NCBI RefSeq assembly: GCF_009914755.1 | Contig: NC_060927.1 | Source: the human T2T-CHM13v2.0 reference genome, Homo sapiens | Reading direction: 5' to 3' (one strand) | DNA length: 64,000 nt | Shown here: positions 53,064 through 64,000 of the stretch, one piece after another | Position numbering within the stretch: the stretch's first letter is position 1 | Layout: the number at the start of each line of letters is the position of its first letter | Made by a program: the position numbers and the translations under genes | Notes under the pieces: model-generated | Seen by the model: only the letters and a program-made list of their open reading frames with translations | Databases searched by the model: none | What the model was told of the DNA's origin: nothing

Positions 53064-54754
53064 TGTTTTGTATGTCTCTTCCAGCTAGAGCATAAACTAC
53101 AAAGGCAGTCACCGTTTCTTTCTTGTTTCTGGAAAATTCTTGCACTAGGGAGACATGCAGTAAATGTTTGTTTCCTCAACAATGTACACATTTGAGAATT
53201 TAAAAAAAATAAACCACTTACTTTTCTTTGAATTAATATGAGTTAAGTCTCTATAACAGTGCAGATGGCAATCAGTTTGATTTCATATTTGACTCAACTA
53301 GGCTGTTTTAGACTTGTGAAAGTATAGTTTTAAATTCTCACACTATTATTTTGTAACTTTAGAGTTACTGCCACCAGGAAACAAAACTTATATTTCTTAG
53401 TGTTTAGTGATAATAGCTTACTATTTAACATTTTTAGGATCTTATTTATATTACTCCTCTCCAAAGAAAGAGATAATTCAGTTGCAGAGGTTTACAAGTC
53501 AGTCAATGTACTTATTCAGACAGTTCAACTGAAGACTTACTTTGTGCACTTAGGGCATGTAGTTTGTTTTTTTCTTTATCCATGTAATATAAATATTATC
53601 ATTTTGGATAGCATAAAAAACTGATTTAAGTATAAATTATTTTCTACCTGTCAAGGAGATAAACAACATAACTCATTAAGTGGAAGATTTGGTTTCTTTA
53701 TTTTCCTATTTCTTAGTATGATGTCTTCCAGAGGGAAAAGCTTTTGACTTTGAGACGTTCTGCGTGCTACAGCATGTCCCATGTGATATACTAGTTGCTA
53801 AGGTAACTGTGTTTTCCTGAAAATACCAAACTAAACAGGAGCCTGAATCATCAGTGCAATTTGCAGCTATTACATTGATTTAAATTTTCCTTAGCATTCA
53901 AATAAACACAGACTTCCCAGATAATTCTAGATCCTTTCTGTGACCCATCTTTCTCTGTCTTTGATATTCAAAGCGTAATTGCACAATTACACAAAGACAT
54001 CAAAATATTTTATGAATTAGAACTCACATAAAATCTCAAGTTCCACTAATTAGGAATATGTGATAATTTAATCTGGATTGAAAATGTCTTTGCAATTTCT
54101 TTGTATAAGAATTTGCTAAGCAAAGGAGCAGAAGAAATTGGATGACAGGGCACCTAAGAGGTTAAACTTATTTGAGCCTTATCCTATTTTGTAAACAAAT
54201 CGACATCTATAAAAACCATTAAATATTTTTTTGAAGCAGAACTTCAAAACAGAATCTGCACTTCAAAACATCTTGTTAAAAATAGTATAGTAACTGCATG
54301 TTGATAACTATGCATGTGTATTATATTCAAAAGCAATAAATCTGAAAGTCTTTATTTTTCTATCATTCACATATTTTCTAAATAGCTATTTATTCCATCA
54401 ATTAGCAAGTTTATTTGTTACAGGTTTTATTGAATGAAGCAATTTAATAAGCTACATAGAATTGAATAGGTTTGGTGATTCTATTCATGAAATTGATGAA
54501 ACTACGTTTTCATTGATTTCTATTAACTGAAAGTGTACCTTAACATTCTGAATGAATTTCTCTTGCATACCTTCTTTGATTCTTTATGTATTTTTTTAAA
54601 TCAAGAAATTCGACTTCATTTTGAAATAACAGAAATATGTTTTCTGAATAGATTTAGTTTTAAGAGAGCAGATTAATATTTTTGGTAAAGAAATGTACAT
54701 ACCCGGTACAATGACAAAGAAAACTACTTGAATCAAATATTTCTTCTGTTTCTT

Positions 54755-54970
54755 GAGTCAAATAGCCAGAATTCAAATTCAGCTCTGCCCCTTGTCTGCG
54801 GTGAGACCTGGCTTGAACCAGTGAAAGCATCAGTTTCCTCTTTTGTACTTCAGAGATTATAATAATGTCTCCTTCTAAGGGTTGTAGAGAGAGTAAATCA
54901 GATAATCTCTACAAGGTATCAACAGGGTGTTTGACATATAGTGAGCATTATCTGCTATTATTTCTATTAT
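54755..54970 (+). mobile_element. MIR
   Basis: TTCAAATTCAGCTCTGCC...CAGTTTCCTC...AGGGTTGT. Confidence 0.6.
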
Positions 54971-55795
54971 CATTATTAAGTACATTGGAATAATAAACTC
55001 ATTTTAAAAATTATTTCATATAATGAATATAATCCTTGGGACTCAGGCACTTTAGATTTCAGGAAATGCTATTTTAGCATTTTATCTCAGAGCCCTCTGA
55101 GGTATCTTTTGGTGAAAGCTCATACCTGCTTTATAAGAAATGAAGGTTCAACCAAGCAAATTTTTTAGAGTGAAGCCTGGCCCCTCCCTTAAATGACAAA
55201 GCTTTCTAGTTTAAATTAGTTTATTACCCACTCCCAAGTCTTAGTGAACAAGGAGTATTTGAACATTGGTTGACATTTTCTGGATGACTCAGGCTGCTCC
55301 TTATACTTCAAGTAGAATGCTGCAATCCAACATTGCCCTAGGAGATTTCTGAAATACAGGGGCCAGTGTGCCATGGACAACTGTGGTTTTCTGTTTGGTG
55401 TTTCCTTAGACTCCTTCCTCACTCCCAGCTGTCACTTCTGTGCCTTTAGCAGTTCTGACTCTGTCTAATCTGCAACAGAGTAATGGGGGAAGAAATCAGG
55501 TTACCAAGTGAAATAAAATGCCCAAGCAAGTAGAACAATTGACAATAAATATACATACAGTGGTAAGCCATTTGGACCAAGGATAGCTGCTCTGCTTCCT
55601 GTGGTGATTTTAGGGACTTTTGTGTTTGGGAGTGTGAGGTGGCTAGGATTCCAACACGCTAAATGAAACAGTTTACAATTAAACCTAGAGGTCTTGGGTG
55701 AGTTGGACATAAAGATGTAATGTTGAAGAATGTTTCATTTAGTGGGGACACTGTCAGTGCCTATCTATTCCACTCTTAGTAGAAGGAAAGAAAAA

Positions 55796-55836
55796 TGAGT
55801 CATGCATGTTACATAATCAATTAGTCACGTGAGTCA
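55796..55836. promoter_or_regulatory. Candidate enhancer core (three AP-1-type sites, E-box, D-box)
   Basis: TGAGTCA, TTACATAA, TTAGTCA, CACGTG and TGAGTCA within 41 bp of apparently unique DNA; motif evidence only. Confidence 0.4.
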
Positions 55837-57059
55837 TACCAGTTCTCCAGAAGTAGCTTTTCATCTGCTCTCCTTCAGATAGTAATCTAATTGCTCTTAA
55901 TTACAGTTAAAGTTTCTGCATCTTGGCTTACACTATATATTCTCATGTGGAAATTAATTAATTTGAAGCTCTTTTTAACATTTTTTGATAAAGGAGCTTC
56001 TGTAATTTTATTGATTAGAATCTGTCATTTGAAAATACTATATGCTGCCTTTAAACTCTGGAAGCTTTCTTTTTTTTGAATGTACACTTTTATACTAAGT
56101 CTTATTTTCATTTCTTTTCAGTAATAAAAAATTTGAAGATATGTTGTCCTATTTATCTGTATTAATTATATTGTTTACCTATTTATCATATCTGTTATTT
56201 TTGATAACCAAGATATTATTATTTGGTTGATTCAATATTTTTATTTATTTCAATATTCTTAGAGCTTAAACAAATATATACTATGGTCTTGTGAATCATT
56301 TTTCTATCATTATATGCTTATCAGTGAATAAATAAATGAATAAATGTTGATGCCAAGTTTAGTGTTACCTTAGTTGTTACACTTTAAAGAACTTGGTGGA
56401 GATACTTTTGTTGATGTTGTTATTGGTGGTATATTTTTGCTAATCCATCAGCTTATTCATTTGTTTTTTGTAATGGGTTGGAAGTTTTACAAGATGTGAT
56501 TTTTGTTAGTATAAAGGAATGCAAAAAGGGGCTAAGCCTATCAAGCTCTCCATTATATATCCAGCACCTCACTAGGTACAAGACACATGGTAGATGCTCA
56601 ATAAGTATATTTCAGATTTAATGAATGGATTCAGAATGCTCGAAAGAGGAAGGTTAATAAATAAGTAGACTTCTAATTTATTAGCTTATGGTGAGAGCTA
56701 TGGCTATAACATTTCCCTGACTACTAAAATCTCCAACAAAATTTCATTATCCCTTTGTGAACAGTTCTATATGGGAAGACAAAGGCAAATGATAATTGTC
56801 TTCAGTTTTGGGAGATGACTATAAACTGCTCCCCAACTATGTCAGCCTTTTTGAAGAGTATGGAAACTGAACACTTTCTCACCCATAGCTCCATCATTGA
56901 GACTATATCGATCCACGAGTCAGAACACACCCTCCCTCCAAGAGCCCAGTCATTTATGCTAATGTTTCATGTGAGGATAGTCTTGCTTACCATATCATCC
57001 CTTTGATAACCACATTATTTCTTCAACTATGAAAACCATTCTTGTGTCATCCACGATAT

Positions 57060-57669
57060 TGTAACTGAAACACAGGTTCAGCTGCATGCCGCTTGCAGAG
57101 TCCAATTAACAAGAGCAAGGCCTGGTATAAAGAAAGTGGCTTTTTATTCCAAGACTAGCTTAGGGGAGGAAGTATAGGCTTCCTGCCTAAGGATACCACT
57201 TCACTTTTGGAGTAGAAAGCATATCCTTTTAAAAGGGGGCCTGGCATGCTGGCATAAATGGCATACAGGGGAGGAAGTGAGCAGTTGGGGGTCCACATAC
57301 TTGCTTTGGTGCCTTATCTACCAGGTGGTTGAGTTGGCATCTTCATGGGCAGAACTAGGTTGTAAAGGTGGCCAAAACTCACCAGAGAGGAGAGGATTTT
57401 ATAGCAGGGATACTTTGGGTTGTAAATTGACTGTTTTCTCTTGAGACAGTCTCCTGGTGGGTGAGAGTTTCTCACTCTGGAGCTTCTAAGCACATAGTTA
57501 GATGAACCTGCCCTGTAAGGAGTGTCTGGTGAAGGGGAGGTGAAAGGCTATATTTGCATTTCTAAAGGGCTATGTAGGAAGTGGGGAACAAAGGAAAACA
57601 GAGAAGAGAAAAGAAGAGAAAAAATAACTCGTTCTCCTTTTCTTAGAAAAATGAGGGTACTCAGTCACA
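57060..57669 (-). mobile_element. ERV1 solo LTR (MER66-like; subfamily uncertain)
   Basis: TG...CA ends; minus strand TGTGACTGAGTACCCTCATTTTTCTAAG; AATAAA on the minus strand; near-TSD ATAT/CTAT. Confidence 0.65.
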
Positions 57670-58135
57670 CTATGTCAATCTCGTATCTTAAATTCCTGAT
57701 AGTGAACTTACTTCCAAGTTAAAGAAGTCCTCAGTGTTTTTCCTAGTCCCTCATTGGAAGAATGACTACCAACATGAGTACACTTGGAAAGTGACAGATT
57801 TTTAAATGAACCATCCCCTTGTTGCTTGCTACTTTCCATCACGGCTCAAAATATTAAGACTGATATCTGCTTCTAGTCTAGCATGTCTATGATGTCTTCT
57901 TCACAATCATGTTGCTTAAAAGCACTTTTGTTAGCTGATCACTGGAAGAAGAGAAAAGATGTAAAAATAACATATCTATGAGTATATGACAAGTGACATA
58001 TCTATGAATATATGACAAAGTGCTATCAATAATACAGATCATAAGAGCTAGAAGACTCAGCGGAAAGAGGCTTTGGAAAGAGATTTTATTCTACAAATAG
58101 TTGTTAACAACTTACTATGTGTTAGCATAGGTGTT

Positions 58136-58619
58136 TGTGGTGTAGGCTAAAAAGTGCATCCCACATCTTAATTCCTAGTACCTGTGAATTTTACCTTATA
58201 TGGCAAAAAAAAGGTCTTTGTCCATGGTTATCAAGTTAAGAATCCTGAGATGGGAGATTACTCTGGATTATCTGGACCCAATGTCATCACAAGTGTCCTT
58301 ACAAGAGACAAACAGAGGGATATTTGAAACAAACACGAGAGTGTGAAGACAAAGCAAAGGGAGATTCCATGAAGACAGGAGTGATGCAGCCACAAGCCAA
58401 GAAATGTCAGCAGTCACCAGAAATTGGAAGAGGCAAGACACAGATTCTTTCCCCTGGAGCTTCCTGAAGGAGCACAGCCCTGCCATGCCACATTTTGATT
58501 TCAGACCAATGATACTGATTTCAGATGCTGGCCTCCAGAACTGTGAGAGAATAAATTTCTGTTGTTTCAAGCCACTATGTTTGTGGTATTTGTTACAGCA
58601 GCCTCAGAAAACTTATACA
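58136..58619 (+). mobile_element. MLT1C/D solo LTR
   Basis: TTACCTTATATGGCAAAA...GAGATGGGAGATTA..CTGGATTATC...GCCTCCAGAACTGTGAGAGAATAAATTTCTG. Confidence 0.85.
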
Positions 58620-59176
58620 GTGCCTGAAGCTGTACCAATTTTTTAAAAAGACACAAACCTGGCTTTTTATTTACAAAGTGTATGATTGCTAAAAGTAAGA
58701 CAGAAATTCTAACTAATAACTGCCTACTTTATGCCAGGCATGTAGGCACTTTATTTTCATAATTTCATTCTTCACAACTCCATTCTTTCTGCCTGACCAG
58801 CATTCACATTTTTTAGTAAGAGCTTTCACATTGGTGTAAGCTTTAACTTGGGCTTTTTAATGCAGTGGTTTGAATTTACATGTGAAGTTATGGGTAAATA
58901 GTGTGTGGTTAGCTAATAATAATAGCATTTGCCTTAGATGGTATATGTTTTTCAGTTTTTAATTTTTACTCAAAGTAGCTGTAGTTATTGGGTTTCCAGC
59001 TATTTTGATACCAAGCCTGTGAGGTTTGATATCAGCTATTCTGTCTGGAGTGAATATTAGGGAAATCTGAAGGCCAGACCCCAGTCTAGTCAGTTAATGA
59101 GTTGAGAGAGAATAGAAGAGATATTTCTTAGGGAGGAAAGGTTCAGCCGACAGAAAACCATAATTCATTAATCATT

Positions 59177-59468
<292 letters not shown>

Positions 59469-59633
59469 CAGCAATCACTCTTATTAGCTATCATCTGAGC
59501 AACTGCTACTTATCTCTAAATATTCAAGAAAATGCAGAATTGGTAGGAGGCAGTCACCCTAGGAAGTAGTCCACAAACCCTTAGGGTTTGGAGGGGTCTG
59601 GATAAAAAGGCAAAATGCCATGTATAGTAGATA

Positions 59634-59995
59634 CAGGTTGACTATTTCTTGTCTGAAAAGCTTGGGACCAGAAGTGTTTCAGATTTCAGAATTCAGATTT
59701 CTCAGATTTTGGAATATTTGCATATATGTAATGAGATATCTTAGAGATGGGACTCAAGTCTAAATACAAAATTTACTTATGTTTCATATACACCTTACAT
59801 ACATAGCCTGAATGTAGTTTTATACAATCTTTTAAATAATTTTGTGCATGAAACAAAGTTCATATAGATTAAGCCATCAGAAAGCAGAAATCACACTATT
59901 TCATCCACCCCTGTGGTGTCATGTTAATGCTAAAAAAGTTTTAGATTTTGGAGCATTTTGAATTTCAGATTTTTGGATTAGGTATCCCCAATCTG
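59634..59995 (+). mobile_element. Tigger4b (Zombi) non-autonomous DNA transposon
   Basis: TA|CAGGTTGA...GCTTGGGACCAGAAGTGTTTC...CAATCTG|TA. Confidence 0.85.
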
Positions 59996-62329
59996 TATCA
60001 TGTGTTTTCATCAACTCCTATGCCCAACCAAGCTTCAGTGCTGCTCTGATAGTTCCTCTGAGAACACCAGCCCCAGTGGTAGTTGCCATAGAGTTCTGAA
60101 ACAAGAGAACTATTGATGATTTTCCCAATAATTGAACACAGTGGGCAAGGGAAGCAACAGAACTTTATTTTACTATGTCTTTTTCTGCTGCTACCAGCGG
60201 CCTTCTTCCCTTGACAGCAGGCTCACCATATCCCCACGCCAAAACATGCACCCTTCCCAACTACTTTCCTTCTCTCAAAAGCTTTCTCGCGTATTTGTTG
60301 ATTCTTTCTTGGCAGTTGTATTTCCTTCATAGAATGTTAACCAAAGAAGAGAGGGCCCTATGAGCATCTCTCCAGAGCAGACATTGGACTTGCACATCAA
60401 CCCCCAACTCAAGCTTATTTACAAGCCTAAATCTGGCTTCACTCCTACCAGAGTGAAGCCCCCAGATGTCCCACTACTATTAAATCTGCTGGACTCTCTG
60501 TCAGAAGGTCTGTTTCTTGGTGACTATCGAGATTGACCTAGCTTCTTAGGGACTTAAAGGCTGCAGGAGCCACCCGACCTCTTCTTTGCCTTGTGCGTAT
60601 AGCCTGAGATTTCTCCTCTTTTCTCTCTACTGACTCTGGAAATCTGGGAGGTAGCATTAACTTTTCATGTGTTTTTTCCCTTTAAATGTTATATGGTATG
60701 CTTTAGTTTCTATGTCAATGCCAAAGTTGTTACAGGTAAAGCAATCTTCTTTTATTTCCACCTTCCACGCTCAGAAATTAGTCTTAATCAGATTGAAACA
60801 TCTGGACAAGAGAATGGGTACAAACTCCAAGTCTGGCCAGACAGACTGTCATAAAAATGTGAACCTTGGACAGAATGTGATAAAACCTGAAAAAGCATTG
60901 GAACCAGATGCTTTCAAAGAAAGTGCTTCAATTTGTCTGAGTTCCAGCCTTTAAAATTAGCATATTTTTAATATTGTTTAAGTTAGACAGTATATATTTG
61001 TCTGGTCAACAAAAACCTTACTTAACTAACCTAACTTGTAAGTTATTAGAAAAAAGTGAAATAAGATAATGTATGTAAAACATTGAGCATGATGCCTGGC
61101 ACAATCATTCAATTGAATGTAAACTATGGATATAATTAAGGGTGATAGTAAATATCCAATCAGAATATGTACAAGCACTTTATGGAATTTATAAAGCACT
61201 ATACAAATGCCAGGTATTACAAGTTTATTTTTATTTTTACTCTAAGGGGACAATTTAACATGTTCAGATTTTAAACTATTGTTACTTGAATTCACGTTAA
61301 TTATTTAAAGGGTTCAGTCTTGTGTTCACTCCACTATATTAGAACTTATTGTACCTGTTCTTTCTCTTTAGATAAACAATGATAATGTGTTCAAATTAAC
61401 CCAGTTGGAATTAATTAAATTAGCCTATTGGAAAAATAACATATTTGGGGTACATTTCTGAAGACCCATCTCAACGTTAAACGTTTCCTTAATAAATTAA
61501 TAAAATCAGGTGATGGTCTGTCTCTTCTGACCATCTGGGTTTTGACACTAATTGCTGTTGATGAGTTCTTTCTGTTGAATTTTTAAGTTCAGGTAGAAAC
61601 AACATTTCGTTCTTTATCATTCATGCTTCAATTCACACTTCCTCACTAAGGAGACTTCAAACAAACAGATTAGGAAAAATTAGCTGGGATATAACTCCAG
61701 GGTATGTTCATATACTTTAATTAGAAAATATGTTTAGGCTTATAAGTTAAATATTTCTAGATAAACTTAATTAAAAATAGATAACACCATCAAGTAGAAG
61801 AAATAGAATTAGGTTTTGCCTTCCTGGTGTAATCAGTAGATAGTTGACTAAGAATCTTTTTTGCCCAGATATAACAGGTGTGTACCGTTCAATCAACCAA
61901 TTAGCAAACATCTTCTTAGTGGTTTTGTGCTTAGCCATTGATATTGCAGTTACTAAGGTTACACAAGATATATAAAAGAAGAAAGGAATTCTAGAGTCAT
62001 AGACAGTTGAAGATTCAACTTCGCTACCTATTAAATATTGTATTTACTCTTCCTCGGCTGAAAATAAGGGGGGCTAATGGCTCAGCCAACCTTTCAAGGG
62101 GTTGATTGAATGAATAGTGCCTATGAGAATGCTTGGCAAATATCTAAAAGTTATTTTTTATAATAACTTTAATATATGGGAACTGATAAGCTTATACATT
62201 AACTAGGAAGGCATTATCAAATACAAGGTAATTTTTTTATCATTAAGTCCAAAATTGGTGATATAGACTACTTCTGGCAACATTCACAACTGGATCAGAG
62301 TTTTGTTGAGCCAACAAAATGTTAACTGA

Positions 62330-62870
62330 TGTTTTTCTTATTTTGGTAAATATCATCATCTTGGAATCGTATTTGATACCTTTTTCTCTCTTAAGCCTAT
62401 ATCTGATCTATCAGAAAATCTTGTTAACTTTACTTTCAGAACAAACCTCAAGTCTGTTCATGGTTCACCACCTCCACTGTTGGAATCCCAGTCCAAGCCT
62501 CCATTATCTCTCACCTGGCAAAGTGCAGAAGCCTCCTAACTGGTTCACCTGCATTTACTTGTGCATCTCTGTTAATTATTCTCACAGTAGTCAGTGATTC
62601 TTAGTGAGCTAAAGCTTACCACATCACACACCTGTTCCCAATTCTCAAATAGCTTCCCATACATTTAGAACAAAATTTAAAAAGGTTACCAAAGTCAAAG
62701 AGGTTCTTCAGTGGGTGGCAATGGCTGCCTCTACACCTCATTTCCTCTCCCTCTTGCCTCATTCACTGGCTCCAGCCTCCTCTTCTTCCTCTTCCTCCTT
62801 AGACTCAGGATCTTGACAGCTGTCTTAGTGTTAGCTATTCTCTCTGCCTAAGATGTTGACTTCTATCTCA
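62330..62870 (+). mobile_element. L2 fragment
   Basis: GTCCAAGCCTCCATTATCTCTCACCTGG...GCCTCCTAACTGGT. Confidence 0.6.
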
Positions 62871-62990
62871 CAGCAACTATGAAAGTACAAATACAAAAAA
62901 TAATTCTGAATTGTGAAAGGGAAAGCTGTTGGCAAAAGGCAAAACAATATTTTAGAAAGCAACATAAAAGAATATCTTCATCACTTTGGG

Positions 62991-63772
62991 TGTCTTTGTT
63001 TGGGCTGCTATAACAAACTACTGTAGGCTGAGGGACTTATAAACAACAGATGCTGTATTTATTTCTCACAGGCTTAGATGCTGGGAAATCCAAGATTAAG
63101 GCACTGGCTGATTTACTGTCTTTTGAGGGCCCACTTTTTGGTTCCTTCTCATTGTGCCTTCTCACTGTGTTCTTTCATGGCAAAAAAAGGCAAAGGAGCT
63201 CTCTAAGGCCTCTTGGATAAGGTCATTAATCCCATTCATGAGAGCTCTTAGCTCTTCCCTCATGACCTAATCATCTCCCACGACCTTATCTCCTAATACC
63301 ATCTGTGTTAGTCTGTTTTGCATTGCTAGAAAGGAAGACCTGATTCTGGGTAAATTATAAAGAAAAGGGATTTATTTTGGTTTATGGTTTTACAGATGTA
63401 CAAGAAACATGGTGCCAGCATCTGCTTCTGGTGAAGGCCTTAGGAAGCCAACAATCATGGCAGAAGGTGAAGGAGGAGCAAGTGTGTCACATGTAAGAGA
63501 GGGAGCAAGAGAGGTTCCAGGCTCTTTAAACAACCAGCTCTTGCATGAATAGAGTGAGAACTCACTCATTACTACAGGGAGGGCACCAAGCCATTCATGA
63601 GGGCTCCACTCCCATGACACAAACACCTCCGACAAGGCCCCATCTTCAACACTGGGGAATCACATTTCAAAATGAGATTTGTAAGAAACAAACATCCAAA
63701 CCATCACATTTAGAACTAAGTTTTAACATATGAATTTGGAGACAAGGGGGCATAAACATTCAGCCTATAGCA
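62991..63772 (-). mobile_element. MLT1A0-like LTR (TSD TTGGG) inside an old L1M, split by an MST LTR
   Basis: TTTGGGCTGCTATAACAAA...AAACATTCAGCCTATAGCA; TTGGG at 62986-62990 and 63773-63777. Confidence 0.8.
63304..63700 (-). mobile_element. MSTA-like solo LTR
   Basis: TGTGTTAGTCTGTTTTGCATTGCTA...CATGGTGCCAGCATCTGCTTCTGGTGAAGGCC...; CCATC on both sides. Confidence 0.85.
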
Positions 63773-64000
63773 TTGGGTAGAGAAAAGTTTATGAAATAGA
63801 ACACAGAAACACATTAAAGATTACAAACTGGAGTACATTAAAATAAATACTTTGTGTTCATCAATACTATTAAGAGTGAAACTGCATCATTAAAGTATAC
63901 CTTTTGGTTGCGTGTACTTCTCTGTATATGTTTTATTTCACACAATTGCACATACACATGAGTCACATACTTGGGAGAGTGACTTACATCCTTCTTGGGG

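Noticed and set aside
52723-53191. K/E/R-rich and F/L/S-rich ORFs
   Set aside because: Translations of the (CTTT)/(CCTT) microsatellite.

Overview
Primate (human-like) non-coding DNA that is AT-rich and dominated by transposon fossils. I find no intact protein-coding gene, no RNA gene and no CRISPR array, and I cannot assign the locus. Family names come from consensus sequences I recall, not from a database search. Main elements: a near full-length dead HSMAR1 mariner; a MER52 solo LTR inside a MIR; a Tigger1 interrupted by an Alu and by a full-length L1PB1; a second, inverted Tigger1 holding a complete THE1C provirus; solo LTRs (MLT2A1, LTR2 inside an Alu, MER74, several MLT1/MST); and Alus, L2s and MIRs. 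The long ORFs at 26.5-31.3 kb are artefacts of a ~4.7 kb compound (GGAATATATAT)-type VNTR that grew inside L1 ORF2. Best leads: (1) this VNTR, with homogeneous blocks of ~540 bp and internal strand switches; (2) three separate fold-back inverted duplications next to (TA)n tracts; (3) two inverted Tigger1 copies that appear to share private mutations; (4) a 41-bp AP-1/E-box/D-box motif cluster; (5) DUX4-, HIF- and RFX-type motifs. I cannot support a new gene system from the sequence alone.
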